Origin: Tubiluchus corallicola
Lineage: Eukaryota; Animalia; Priapulida
Length of the DNA: 64,000 nucleotides
Assembly: GCA_030141605.1 (NCBI GenBank)
Contig: JAQGDQ010000017.1
Span: forward strand, 806,001 to 870,000
Direction: 5' to 3'
Position 1 is the stretch's first letter. Each line of letters begins with the position of its first letter. Positions 23,487-64,000 of the stretch are shown in pieces. The translations under genes were made by a program, and so were the position numbers. Below the pieces are notes generated by a model, which saw only the letters and a program-made list of their open reading frames with translations, made no database searches and was not told the DNA's origin.

Positions 23487-25102
23487 GTAGAGCAAGACAT
23501 TAGAGTGTGTAGACATTTGATTCTACATGTGTTGTATATATGTGACATACTGTATTTACCCTGTCAGCAAAACGAGAATAGCAGAATTTATTTTGGAGTG
23601 GTTTCCATGTTATAGACATATATTAATTTCAGTTGATTTTGATTGTTGCTCATAGGTGGAGCCAGGCAACTCTTTGTCTACATATATAAATCTGCTGTGC
23701 ATACTGATTGACTAGTCAGTATATTAATTTGTACTCGGTTTGTACTGCAAATGATGTGCTGTTATAATGAACTTTTTCTGGAGGTTTTGTACAATTCTCA
23801 TACAGGTGAAAATGAGCTGATGTCATAAAGAGGAAGTTGAATAGTGGATATTGTTGCTCATATACAGTATCTGGAAATGAACTTTCGAATTATTTCCTTA
23901 AAGGAAAGAACAAGTCTTTCAGCATGTTGGGTTTATTTTACTGTTATCACTTAAATGTAACAAAGAAATTTGCCAGACAACTGCTATAAAGCATAAATTT
24001 AAAATATACTATCTCTGAATAGAAGTTTTCAGTTGTGGTGGTTGCTGCGCGCCCATTCACTTGAAAATCGTAATGTAACTGGGAGACTTTTTTACTTTCT
24101 TTGCAAAATTAAAATAAGCTTTACCTCCTAGAAGACTTGGGCTTTGCTTTAAACTGTCTTGAATCTTCTTCACATTTGTGTTAGGATTGTTTTTCCTTGC
24201 AGTTGGACCTGTTCCTTTAATTATTTAATAACTGAAACGTTGTCGAGAAGTGTAATAAGTCTACATAAGTGTTTTGTCTAGAGAAACTATCAGTTTTATG
24301 AAAATGCTGACCCCTCTGAAACGCTATTTCGGAAAGAGCCGACTAGGTAAAAAGAGCAATGCTTCTCCATATTTACTTGTAAATGAATTGTAATCACTTG
24401 AATCAGTAATAGGTTTATGCTTGTAAATACGCTAATCGAATGAATATATTATTATTAATAATATCTATTATATCAATTATAATATCTATTGCACTTTTGC
24501 TTATTTAGTATTGTATGAATTAGCCTGAATGGTGAAACCTTATACCAAATAACAATAAACAGAATTGTCTTAATCGTTGACACTGTAGTTTTCATTAACT
24601 AATTACACAGTGTGACTTACTTTTGCTTTTTTGAATAGCAGTGTTTCTAGTTTCAAATTTAATGAAGTAGAAACTTTTGTTATTGAGCTCTTGTTTGTTG
24701 CTCGCATTTAAACTCAATTTTTATAATACTTGGCTGTAGATGGCAGCATGTACACATTGGTATCACAAGAGGTGATGCTTGACCCAATGGATTTTGTGAC
24801 TCTAGCTTGCAATAATCTGAAAGATGTATGCTGTAAAGGTTGATTTGATTTCATTATTACGTATCTTTCTATGTATGCAGTGTACTTATTGTTGTTCTTA
24901 AGTTAGTTCCATAAGGTATTGATAGTTCTGTAGCTGTTATGTATTTTAAGGTTTAAATCTTTGTACCAATTGTTTGCACATAGTCACTAAGTGTAACCCA
25001 GCTATATTGTCTGCAAAATGTTTGTCATTTAATAATGTTGCTTGTGTTTTCCTTTGGACTTGTAGCCGAGTTTTAGATTTTTCTTCTTCCTGATTTGCTT
25101 AA

Positions 25103-25635
25103 AGGAAAGTCGGATGATTGTGTAGACATTAGTTCAAAATAAAGTTTGTTCTAAAATATTGAAAGCTACAGTTTTTTAAAATCAAAGCTTAGATAAAATA
25201 ATAATTACCTTGGATAGTTAAGTTTTGTTAAATTTTCAAACCTCGGCGAATCTTCTAAGATCCAATGGCGCCTTTTTGTCACATTCGCATGTTCGACAAA
25301 TAGGCGCAGTACTGTGATAAGCATGATCATGAATTGCAGTGTTCGTCTATGACGTCAAGGTAACGTAGAGCTCATTTTTATGACATCACATCAGCATCTT
25401 ATAGCAATCTTCGCTTATGCTAATGTGCTTGATGTGCAGGGAAGATGCCTACCATTGCACAAATTGTGTCTAGTTTGTGACGTAAGCGATAGCTGTATTC
25501 AGTTGCCATTAGTTAACTTTCCAAAGTAATTATTCAAATATTAGAAACAATTGCTAACTTTTATACCAAGAAAATGTATATTTTGGACGGCAAATTAACA
25601 TAAGACTGAGTCTAATCAATTGTCCGGTTTTCCTT
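25103..25635. mobile_element. Kolobok-like MITE downstream of the KDM5 stop codon
   Basis: TTAA|AGGAAAGTCGGATGATTG ... CAATTGTCCGGTTTTCCT(T)|TTAA; an internal segment recurs at about 33148-33200. Confidence 0.72.
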
Positions 25636-26332
25636 TTAAGTTTGTATAGTAAATCTTTGTAAGGACAGTTGTCCTAAGTGTAGTAGATTAGTGACAAATG
25701 AAAGTAGTAGTTACTAGTGTTTTTTGTTTCTTTGTCTTCAAGCTGTTTCTAGAATTTAACACTCTTTACATATTTCATTATCAATCATGAATTTATTCTA
25801 TGTTGAAATTTGTCTGCTTTTTTGTAAATGCACTGTGCTGCCATCTTGTCAATACTTTAGTACTTTATTAGCACTTATTTCACTTAACTTTGTCTTAGTT
25901 ATAATGAATTTAAAATCACAGTAATATCTACATTTGCTCGTTTGAAGATACTTTTTTCATATTAATATGTTATCATCATTGTTTAGTTGTGGGTTTTGTG
26001 CACAGTCATTAACAAAATGATATTTGTGATATATATAATGTAAATGATATAATTAGGTGTATTTATGTTTTGTGAGATGTGGCTTGCTTGCATATAGGCA
26101 GTTTCTTTTAGCAAATAGGCTAATGTTATAGCTCATGCTTTTCTTTGTTATTATTACTACTGTAGTATTATTATTACGCATTTGAGGTGACTACAATAGA
26201 AGTACACTGTACTAGGCACAGTGTTGCTTGTACGTTGTACAACCCAAGCTATGTTTTCATCTGCTCTGTAGAACTGACGTGTGGTGGACATTTTGTGTGT
26301 GTATCAGTTTCAAAATTGCATATGTGACAACT

Positions 26333-26338
26333 AATAAA
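26333..26338 (+). terminator. Candidate KDM5 polyadenylation signal
   Basis: AATAAA with a downstream CA and T-rich tract at the end of a TG-rich, UTR-like region; alternative AATAAA at 24554 and 25138. Confidence 0.35.
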
Positions 26339-26782
26339 CAACGTGTATACAACATATTTTATATTCTATTGTATTGACCATTAGTATGTAGGGCTATTAA
26401 AGCACCTGAAACAGTTGATGAAACTGTACAAGTGCATGTTTTTGTCTAACACATCGCAAACGAATGTTGAATTAGTCCCTATAAAGGAATAACTGCAGGT
26501 GGCACGATTTTCGTAGATGTAATAAAGTAATTCATGTTAATAAATATAACACAAGACCATGCAACATCAACGAACTTGCTCTCGGAAAAATTGGCAAAAC
26601 GTGCTGTTGTGTCAGTGTTGTTCGACAAAAGTGTCATATTCAAGAAAAGCTTTTCTGAATAAACTTTTATTTGAATGCTAGTAACTGTAACAGTAGAAAT
26701 GAGCATGTTCGAATGTTTCCGAAATTATGTATAAATTAACAACTTTACAGCTGTTCTATAGCAGCTTTACAGGACAAGAAAA

Positions 26783-27123
26783 CGGTCAAAGGCTAAGTGT
26801 TCCAGACAACGTATTTGTGTACACTTGACAACACCTTGCAGACCACTCTATTAGTTTTAACAGCTAGCTAGAATTTTACCTAGTTCCTTTTTCTTGTTTC
26901 CAAGCAAGATTCTGCTAGTAAATGATTCTGCGCACAGAGCTAATGCACAACTAAATAAAGTCCACTTAAAACAATTGAAGTTACTGAACTGCTGCGGCAG
27001 ACGACTTTGCTTTACACACATGTCACATGACGGTTGTAGTTAAGACGCGTTGCTGTGGTACACTTAACCTTTGACGTACAGCAACTGTGCGTGCACACAA
27101 CAAAACTGTGAAAAGGCTTATTA
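26783..27123 (-). mobile_element. Same MITE family, near-full copy
   Basis: Reverse complement of 8132-8470, ending CTGTGAAAAGGCTTATT. Confidence 0.75.
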
Positions 27124-28510
27124 TCAACGAGCTAAGCTGTTTACAATGTATTATTAACATCAAGACTATTATAAACAACGGTACAGGCCAACAACTAATT
27201 AAAAGAAACTAAACTTGAAAGTCCAGGGTTCAAGTCCAGACAGTTTTCCGAATTTTCATGTTTTCTGAATTTCAAGTTTGGTTTGTAAATTTAATTAATT
27301 GTGGGTTTATGCCATCAATAAGCTATAAACAAATTATCAATTATTGTAAGACTGTATTTACAAGACTATTTCTCAATTTACATCATTCTACTTTTTCCCA
27401 AAACCATCTAATTCGACTAAGAAAATATTGCACATATTCCTACCTGTTAAATGTTTGTTTTTTGATGTCTCGCAAACTTCTTGATCTACTGATACCCTGA
27501 TATATGTGAGTTTTCTCTTAGAATAAACTGAGATAGTCTGTTCTTAGTACCTGAGGCTCACAGCAATATGATAAACTCTTGAGGTCTAAACATGTTATTT
27601 CGATATTTATTCATTCAGCTCTTTAACATTTCCAGCCCGTTATTGTGGCTCACTGTACTTTTAACCTGATGGAACTCGTAACAGCTTTATTCTGTTTCGA
27701 AAAATCGTGGCTTTCCTTCTTCTGATTTTATTACTCAAGAACACAGCTTCTTGAGAAATTGCGTCATCTCATCTTGGCCCGGTTTCCTTTCGTGTTACTT
27801 GCGTATTCTCCACATTTTGTTACATGTTGTACTTACAACATCTTTCAACTTCTAATATTGATGTTTGCAACATGTACCATGGCAGTGAGTTGAACTAAAG
27901 TCGACAGTGCTCCTCAAACTCCAACAAAATACTCGACTTTTCATACTCACATGATCATACTCACCCGGCGAGGTGCCAGTCATTGATATTCTGAAGTTTT
28001 TTTAGGAAAAGGGCACTGATGCTGAAGAAAGTGTTGTAACTACGCTTTGTCCTATATTAATTTTTGCATCTTCTACAAAAACTTTGAACAGAGCAATTAA
28101 CTGTGTTTCAATTATGCAAGCTTAAACAAGACGAGATGAATTTGTAAAGTTTAGAAGTGGTGCGGCTGAACACGTACAGCAAATACTGTTCCATCGTTTA
28201 CTTTTGTAAACATAAAAAAAAACAAACACTGTTATGTTGTTCTGACATGTCAAGCCATGTTACCTTACAGGAACCCTTTGAAAATAGCAAGTTAATCTAT
28301 TTTAGAGTAAATAGAATTTTACTATTGGTGATGACAAGACCCACACCTTTTGAGTAATCAGGCGTGACCTTGGCCGGGCTGGTATTCGCACTAGTCATTT
28401 CCAAAAACAGATTGATGAACTGGGGGTTTCTTCTTTAAAACAAAGTGCCCTGAGATCTCCTAACTTCAACTTATGGTGGACAGAAAAAGTGAGCCAGATC
28501 TGAAAAGGTT

Positions 28511-56433
<27,923 letters not shown>

Positions 56434-57270
56434 GTTTCAATGATATTTAAAACTTTAGTTCATAAAACTTTCGGTCAATGAATTCTTTAATAATATTTCT
56501 CGACGAAGGAATTAATTCAACAGAAGTGGATTAAAACTTGTTTTTACTAGTTCATTAGTTTCACTCAAAGTTTATAAAATAAATAATAAATGCAATATAC
56601 ACAAAAACATTTATTTACAGACGTTTAAATACTATTGTTTATTTTTATTTACAAGTTATGTACAATCATGTAAACAACGTTGACCCAAATTATTGGTCTT
56701 GTAAACCTCCACAATTCACGATTCTAAGAGCTCTGTCTAAGTTTATTGCTTAATCAACTGCACTTCGACGCGAAGACTAGTGAAAAAACGTAATTCTTTG
56801 TACATTAATGACAACCAAAATCAGAAAACGAAACCAATATCAAGTATTTTGAGAAATCAAAATCAAAGATCCCTTTTAAATCACGATAAAAGATTTGTCA
56901 CGTTTTCTCAAGTCCTTGGGCCTGTACGTCAGTAACACGATTAATGGGTCTGACTCCTACTTTTGAACGCTTGCTTTGCGTAGTTTGTTATCGCAAAAGT
57001 CCACATGCCCTGCATAGCCTTTATAGCTAGTTTAAATAAGAAATATCATCTAATTGGTATCGACTTAATATTTATACAGGTATGAAGTGATATGCAGCAG
57101 GTCAACGATTGTACACGTTTTACGAAATTGGCCTTAGGCCTTTGGACCTTTTGACGGTCCTTGCAAAAAGAGCTCCAGATCAGGGCTATTTGTTTGAGCC
57201 ATGTGACAATTACGAATCAAGCTGTGGAATAATTTTTGACTAATAATTTTCCCATTAATAAAACAGGAAC

Positions 57271-57461
57271 AACTTCTAACTGTATATTTTACGCAAAAGT
57301 TCACAAAGAACCCGCTTGAGCGTCTTTTTTTATAACAAACATTAAAGATATCACACAAAGACGTTGTTAGTTTTAACTATCATATATGTAATGTTTGTTA
57401 TAAGAAAGGCTCTCAAGCGGGTTCTTTATGAACTCTTGCGTAAAACATATAGTTACAAGTT
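57271..57461. repeat. Long inverted repeat (about 73-bp arms, about 43-bp spacer)
   Basis: AACTTCTAAC...AAAGAACCCGCTTGAG...TTATAACAAACATTA paired with its near reverse complement at 57389-57461. Confidence 0.85.
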
Positions 57462-59760
57462 ACAACTACAGAAGATAATCTGCAAATGATCCCCGAAACT
57501 CATATTCATGCGCATTACTAATTTTGTTTATATATTTAATATTTACAATCCAGATAACTATTTAATGGGTGTGGAAAATGACGATGACGATTACTAGCAA
57601 AAATTACTAATCTTCTTGTATGAATCAATTTTCTCTTGTAAATATGTTTACAGTCCGTGCTAGTTTTTAATATTGTATTTTATCTTTTATATATATATGT
57701 CGCTTATTTTAGTTAGAAACTGTACTTTTTGTACGATAGAAATTTAATAAATAAATAAATTACCAATTTAACTTCTCTAATTTATTGGCCTTTTGTCGTT
57801 TAATCTGTTTTAACGTTCGCTGCGTACTGCAGAAAAACTCAGAATCCTGTTAAGATTTTCACTTAGTTTATTGCCACGGTAATACACTAACGACAAATTA
57901 ACGCTTGTCAACGGGGACTTTTCATTTTTTCTAATATAGGAATTGATCGTTTGCAGTTCAAGTATAAATGGAATGAACGTCCTTGCTTTATGCCAATGAG
58001 GTATCCAATGACTGCAATACTCACCCACAAACACCTGTAAAACTTTTAAAAGAAGCCCTACTTAATTTGGTCATTTGGCTTTTATCATTACCAAGATTTT
58101 ATGACCCTTTTTTGGAAAAAATAAGCATATAAAATAACTAAATTGAACTCCTTATATTAGCTGTTTCTGTATTTTAAAGTTTTGACACACACGCTAAATA
58201 TGTACTTTTGAAATGTATCTATAATATATAAGTCCTTGAGAGTTTTATATAAATGTAAAATATACAAATTAATAAGGAATCTTCTTCCTTTATCGCGCTT
58301 ATTATATTAACTGCTGACATTGTAATATCAAGTCACACATGTTACCCATTAGTTATACTTATTAGGCCTACTATAGTACAAAAATTATAATATTACATTA
58401 CTTATCTATACACGTATAACAATTTTTTATTTCTTATATATATATATATATATATATGCTTAAGTGACAAGCGGCTACTTATGCTGAGCCTTCACTCACT
58501 GTATTCACTATATGAACTTTTTTGTATAAAAAATCGATCATTTCTAAAATTGAATTGTATATTAAACGGTTTAAAGTGGCGTTTACGTTGCATCCGGATG
58601 CGTTGGTTGTGCGTAATAGATAAACTGGTTTATGTTGTTTCCAATGTACCCGTTTATGCAGCCTTCGTATGCGTTCTTTTTCTACAGATTTTTTCCCCTA
58701 GGCTGTTCCGCAGGTGGATAACGCTTCCGCATCCTACATAAACGCCACTTGATGTGATCACCTAAGTCCTAGATGCTAGCTTAATTATTTCATGCCAGCC
58801 ATGGCCAGGACTGTGGATTTGTTCACTGAGCACCTGCTGTGACAGGCACACCAATGTAGTAAAAGAAAAATTTCGAATGACAGAACGGTATACTATAAAT
58901 GGCCACTGTGGTTTAAATACACCGCACATTTCGATTTTTTAAGGAAAAACGCTGAAAATAATATGTGACATTTTACTTTTCGAGCTGCACTTTTTAGTCA
59001 AGGAGACAGTGCTGGCGACTGATAAACGCATAATAATTTCAGCATGTGACAACAAAAGAACTTTTTTGCGACTTACGAATCGCCAAATTTATTAATACAA
59101 GATATTACTTTGAACTGACTCATATAAGTGAATAATGCATTACAATGTTCAGATTAAATGATTTGACAATATGGACACAATCTCTGTTGAGTTCGAATTA
59201 AAAATGAATGAACAAAAATGGAATTTCTGTCACAAATCAATTAAGCCAATTAAACAATTAAGAAAACAACAGGTCGCAGTCTTTTAATTGTAATCGTGCA
59301 TGTTACATTCACTAACTAGTACAATAGTAAAATTCTTAGAAATTTTAGAACTCTGAGTTAGTTGAACTACAGCACAATGTGTGTCATAGCCTAACCAATT
59401 TAGTAACAATGAATTAGCAGTGAAAATATACTTAAACATACATTATAATCACCACTGGCTTATATAGTACCATGTTTAGCTAATTAATTGTAATAATTTT
59501 TCAACAAAGTTAACAAACCACATCACAGTAAAAACGGAAAATAATAAAAGCTACATAACCAATATAATAATTGCAATAATTACATTAAGAATTGAATGTA
59601 ACAATTAAACACAAAAATGTCACCAAACAGCTATATATTCACGTGTCATGTGAAAAATGCATACTTAATTATGAAACCATATTTCCAAAACGTCATACAC
59701 TGAGCCTGTCAAAAGAATAACAATGTTATGGGAAAGATCAGAATGCGGGCCACATTTCCT

Positions 59761-60112
59761 AATAAGCCTTTTCACAGTTCCAGCGATTGATGATGACCGT
59801 GAAAACGTCAAAGGGTAAGTGTACCAGATAATGCTTTTGTTGACAATGCCTCGGGGCCCGTGCTGTTGTAATGGTAACAGTTCTTAACAGCTAGCTAGAA
59901 CCTTACCTAGTTTATTCTTTTGTTCCCCGGCAAGATTCTGCTAGTAAATCACTCTACGAACAGACTAAAGCATAATTAAGTAAAGTACATGCAAAACAAG
60001 TGAAATTATTGAACTGATGCAGCAGACGACTTTGCTTTATCCATGTTACGTGGTGGTAAGACGCGTTGCTGTGGTACACATAACCTTTGACCTACAGCAA
60101 CTGCGTGTACAC
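59761..60112 (-). mobile_element. Same MITE family, copy preserving the opposite terminus
   Basis: Begins AATAAGCCTTTTCACAG; body colinear with 26783-27095. Confidence 0.72.
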
Positions 60113-60231
60113 TTAGAAGTTAATGTAAGATGTCATCTGAAGGTGAATAATGTACTTCTCACTAGAAAACCATCCCAATGATGCCGTCTGATGTTTGGAA
60201 GTGATTACACGTTTAACAATCATATGAGCCC

Positions 60232-60585
60232 CAGGGCCAATTATGACCTTTTGGGACCCCCTAAGCTAATAAAATTATGGGCCCCTCAGGAGCCACCCTC
60301 TAGCTCACCCACATGTCTTGAATATTTTTACTTGTATTATATTTTAGCAACATTTACATAGCTTGAAGTAAACTTATTGCAAATTCTTTAAGTAAACTAG
60401 AATAGCTGTTTTGTTTGTCAATGAAAATATTCTTTAAGAAATACCACTATTTTACTATTTATTGCAGCCAAATTAGCACAATCTTTCAAGACAACCATAG
60501 TGAAAAAACAGATTTTACCAAATGTTACCAAAACTTGAGGGCCCTAGACTGCAGAATATTATAGCCTATACGATACTACGGCCTG
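60232..60585. mobile_element. Degenerate hAT-type MITE
   Basis: CAGGGCC...GGCCTG termini; subterminal GGGCCC/TAGCCTA motifs like those in 51236-51627; TSD unclear. Confidence 0.55.
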
Positions 60586-61390
60586 CATGTGACAATTGTG
60601 TTACATCACAATTCCCATAAAAATTATTTTACACCACTTAGAAAATGGCATGAAAATGAAAAAATTGTAAGAATGACCAAATAGCTACATGCTCATGTGT
60701 CGTATGGAAAAACGGGTACATAATTTAGCTATACAAGTCCACATTTCCATACGCTATGATTTTGCACAAGTCAAGAGTATTAATGTATCAAAATAAAGGG
60801 CACAAACACATTTCGTAAGGAAGAAAGAAAGAAAGTTCCACAACTTGAGGAACTATGTGGAAGAAACAATGCAATAATTCTGCTGTTTTTAGAGATGGGT
60901 GCTACTGATAATGACATTCTCTTTGACAGTGGAATATTAGAAACATCACAGTTATAATCAAAAAGTAATTAACAGTACTTATTAATTTTTAAAGGCATGT
61001 ATTTACCAACCCCAAACAAGAAAAATATCTTGTGTTAAGATTTTTACGTCAATTTTGCTTTTGAACTTAAAAATTTCCCTTCCCAAATACTACACCACAA
61101 ATTAAACTTGCTGAGAATTACCCCTGACAATTACAAAAGTGTCCCTGGTGATGGTTTATTAATGTCTGAAATCTGGCTCATACAAGAATACGTTTATTCA
61201 CCACAACTCGGCAAAACAACGAATCAAATTGGCAAACCGATAACAAATTAGTAATGAAATTGGTTGCTACGCAAGTACCATTAGGAATACAATGCAAAGA
61301 TAAACAGCTGTAAAAAGGTTTGTAAATGTCTCTTGGCTAGCTTGTTCTGTTAACTGCACGAACTGTATATCTGTTGATGCTACGTACATA

Positions 61391-64000
61391 TCAGGAAGAG
61401 TTTACTGCCATCTGTTGTTCATCCGAAGAACTGTGACTAGATGGCCTCACAAATATCATTTCTGGCATCATAGACTGAAGGAGTACATCGATGACACCAG
61501 CATATTGCACCATGTTCACTCGCAGTTTGGGCAGTGGCACGTAACCTGGACAAAGAGGATAGAAATTATACACCACGGAAAATTTTCCACTGGGTAGCAT
61601 CCGGAAAAACAACTGCTTGTTTCCGGAAAACATAAAAGCATCGCTCACTTCCATCACGGCCTCCATATCTTGAATGTGCGACGTCCTGTTATGCAGGGTA
61701 TACTTGACGGGCAACGGTTTGTTCACACAGCCAAACGATGGCATATCAACGGCGACAGAGAGCGGAATTGCCTCTGCCTGGACAACGGGAAGACTAACAG
61801 CCGTTGTGACTGCTTTCTCACTGTTCTTTCTCTTCCACGTCAAGTTGTACGTTCCTAAACTGACCGCTAGCGGAGCATCATATTGGACAATGAAACATCT
61901 GCACTCCTTTGCGCATTCATCTTTGTTGAGTTCTACGTCTGCAACTTGCGATTCATCGTTGCTAATGAGTTTTACAGTTGGTGCTCCAACGTCGAGGAAA
62001 CTGTTAGCGAAAACAAGCGGCCAGGGAGACTGACTCTTGATATCAACTACCAAGATGAAATTTACGTCTGAATAAACCTTTTCAGCTTCTGCGAATTTCA
62101 TGTTCATTATACTAAAGTCAACTCCAAACGGTTCATGAACAGCGACATCTATTTTAGTACTGTTAATACACCTACACCCAAGCTTTCTACAATTTTGTTC
62201 AATGTCAATATTATACGAGACTTCGAGGAGAAACTGCCTACGTCCAGCCTCCGCACAGCGACAATAAATAGTTTTTGCAAACTTTGCATGAGGATACAAG
62301 TCACCTAAATTAATGTCTGAAAGTTTTGAACAAGGAACTTTGTTCAAGTCCTCAAAAAACTCCGTAGAAATCTGTTTAGCACTTTCTGGAATCTCCTCGG
62401 CTTGTTGTACACTGATGCTTACATTTCTAATCTCAGAAACCTCGGTGTTTACTATCACAATATTAATTGCGTAATACTCGTTTACTAGGGCAGGGTTATC
62501 GTGCTGTACATCAACCGTAATTTCAGAAATTCGAGGGACAATCTGAGAGGATGAAACAACGGGTATTTGCTCAAATTTGCAGTTGGCGAATTCTGCATCC
62601 GCATCAAGTTTTTTCTGATTCAACTGAACAGCAGGTGGTTCTACAATGGCATCAGTACCACTGCCCAACCAGTGTAGGACCGCACAGCAGCCTTCTTCTG
62701 ACCCCAGTGCAAGCACCACTCCTGAGATGTCTAACGAAGAACTGACATCTTCCGGTTTAACTGGAAATGTAAATTGGTGCATGAAAACTGCAGTGGAATG
62801 TAAACAAGTACCGTCTGTGTTTGTATACACACAGTTTTGATTGTAGGATTGCTGCTTGAAAAAAACTGAAAGTTTGGTAAAATGAATAGGCACAGGGGCA
62901 CAACTATGTAGCGCGATACATACTTTGATGAGAGACTCGGCTGTAAAGTTCTTTTTCACAAACCTAGCCTTGCACTCAATACACGAAGCCAAATTATGCA
63001 TTTCAACCGTAAATTGGAGTGCTTCACACTGTGGCAGCGCCCACAATTGTTTGGCAGCCTCCACGCACTCGTGTTCGCACCCTGGCTCTGGATCAGGGCT
63101 TTCCCGCGACATAACCTTGATCAAATTCGTGGCAATTCGATATTTTTCTTCACACGAAAGCACCGCATGCTTGCCAATCAATTCTAGGCAAATGGTGACA
63201 TACTCGGAAATATTTCTCACAAGGTAAGCGCAGCGAAGTGATATCAACAGGATATGCGTTAAGAGTTTCCACCAACGTTCACTCCTGTAATCCCAAGTTA
63301 CTCTACCCAGCAATGCCAGTGCCTTATCATAGTCTTTAGCATGATAGTACTCTTCGCCGATTAACACAACAAGGTGCAATCGTAAACGAGCGCACTTGTA
63401 CTTTTTAAATTGTGCGACGGCGCTGCTTAACAGCGGTATCACCAACCAAGAATGGTCGACCTGTCGTTCACGAATCTGAAGCGCAAGGATTCCCTCTCGC
63501 TCACGCTGCACGTGAGGCGATTCTAGACTCTGGTGACCTTGGCGCCAAGCTCGTTGACCATAATACTCCATGCGCGACATGTTTTCCAGAGGATCAGGAG
63601 ATGGATATATCGCATCGGCATGACACAGTGCTCTGCATAGCTGTTTTCTTGCCACAGCATGATTGGCTGCCTCCTGATAGTAAAATCCGGGATGTTGGGT
63701 CTGTATGGCAGCCAATCCCGCCTTAATAGCTTCTTCAAACAAATCTCCAAAGAGAGAAAATTGTTTGGAGAGCCATGCGCTGTGCTCAAAAGCAAGGTCT
63801 GGTGCTCCTATCTTGTTCTTGTAGAAGTCGACATGCTTACGAAACTGAGATATGGCATCGAGGGGAGTGCTGTGCTGAAAACATATCTTGCATATCTTGT
63901 AGTTCAGAAAACCGGCTACAACTTTTATCTCCAGTAGGTTATAGTCGGTTATCCTAAGCTCTTGCAAGTTGATGTACGCCTGTCTGTAGTGCTTTATAGC
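61391..64000 (-). CDS. TRAPPC11: Trafficking protein particle complex subunit 11 (foie gras/Gryzun); N-terminus lies beyond the window end
   Basis: Uninterrupted frame from the window edge (AIKHYRQAY...) to TGA at 61393-61391, 869 codons. Motifs EIKVVAGFLNYKIC, PLDAISQFRKH, FEHSAWLSKQF, AIQTQHPGFYY, AVAQFKKYKC, DYRSERWW, SDAFMFSGNKQ. Confidence 0.95.
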   Translation of the reverse strand, partial: AIKHYRQAYINLQELRITDYNLLEIKVVAGFLNYKICKICFQHSTPLDAISQFRKHVDFYKNKIGAPDLAFEHSAWLSKQFSLFGDLFEEAIKAGLAAIQTQHPGFYYQEAANHAVARKQLCRALCHADAIYPSPDPLENMSRMEYYGQRAWRQGHQSLESPHVQREREGILALQIRERQVDHSWLVIPLLSSAVAQFKKYKCARLRLHLVVLIGEEYYHAKDYDKALALLGRVTWDYRSERWWKLLTHILLISLRCAYLVRNISEYVTICLELIGKHAVLSCEEKYRIATNLIKVMSRESPDPEPGCEHECVEAAKQLWALPQCEALQFTVEMHNLASCIECKARFVKKNFTAESLIKVCIALHSCAPVPIHFTKLSVFFKQQSYNQNCVYTNTDGTCLHSTAVFMHQFTFPVKPEDVSSSLDISGVVLALGSEEGCCAVLHWLGSGTDAIVEPPAVQLNQKKLDADAEFANCKFEQIPVVSSSQIVPRISEITVDVQHDNPALVNEYYAINIVIVNTEVSEIRNVSISVQQAEEIPESAKQISTEFFEDLNKVPCSKLSDINLGDLYPHAKFAKTIYCRCAEAGRRQFLLEVSYNIDIEQNCRKLGCRCINSTKIDVAVHEPFGVDFSIMNMKFAEAEKVYSDVNFILVVDIKSQSPWPLVFANSFLDVGAPTVKLISNDESQVADVELNKDECAKECRCFIVQYDAPLAVSLGTYNLTWKRKNSEKAVTTAVSLPVVQAEAIPLSVAVDMPSFGCVNKPLPVKYTLHNRTSHIQDMEAVMEVSDAFMFSGNKQLFFRMLPSGKFSVVYNFYPLCPGYVPLPKLRVNMVQYAGVIDVLLQSMMPEMIFVRPSSHSSSDEQQMAVNSS

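Noticed and set aside
58680-58780. Possible plus-strand exon after TTTTCCCCTAG
   Set aside because: No sustained ORF, partner exon or recognisable homology.
61415-63957. Several plus-strand ORFs opposite TRAPPC11, and antisense ORFs in the retrotransposon and KDM5 exons
   Set aside because: Shadow ORFs of real coding sequence with no recognisable motifs.

Overview
AT-rich, intron- and repeat-rich nuclear DNA from an animal, most likely an invertebrate; nothing here looks prokaryotic. I traced four host genes by hand, following splice sites and reading frame. (1) The 3' part of a KDM5/lid (JARID1) H3K4 demethylase on + (18 exons, 291-23486): C5HC2 finger, PLU-1, PHD2, PHD3, then an unusually long Ser/Pro-rich tail. 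(2) A convergent, apparently complete SLC6 Na+/Cl- symporter of the GABA/taurine/creatine type on - (13 exons, 56433-28511, about 651 aa) with atypical gate and pocket residues. (3) A glycosyltransferase with an intronless CDS (36147-35053, -) nested on the same strand inside the 12.7-kb SLC6 intron. (4) TRAPPC11 on -, intronless over at least 869 codons (64000-61391). A very young BEL/Pao LTR retrotransposon (36401-42948; 288-bp LTRs differing at one base; 5-bp TSD CACAG; disrupted pol) sits about 250 bp upstream of the nested gene's ATG. Introns and intergenic DNA hold many MITE-type DNA transposon derivatives, tRNA-like repeats with inverted arms, LINE remnants, minisatellites and microsatellites. 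All coordinates were read by eye. Family assignments rest on recognised motifs, not database searches.
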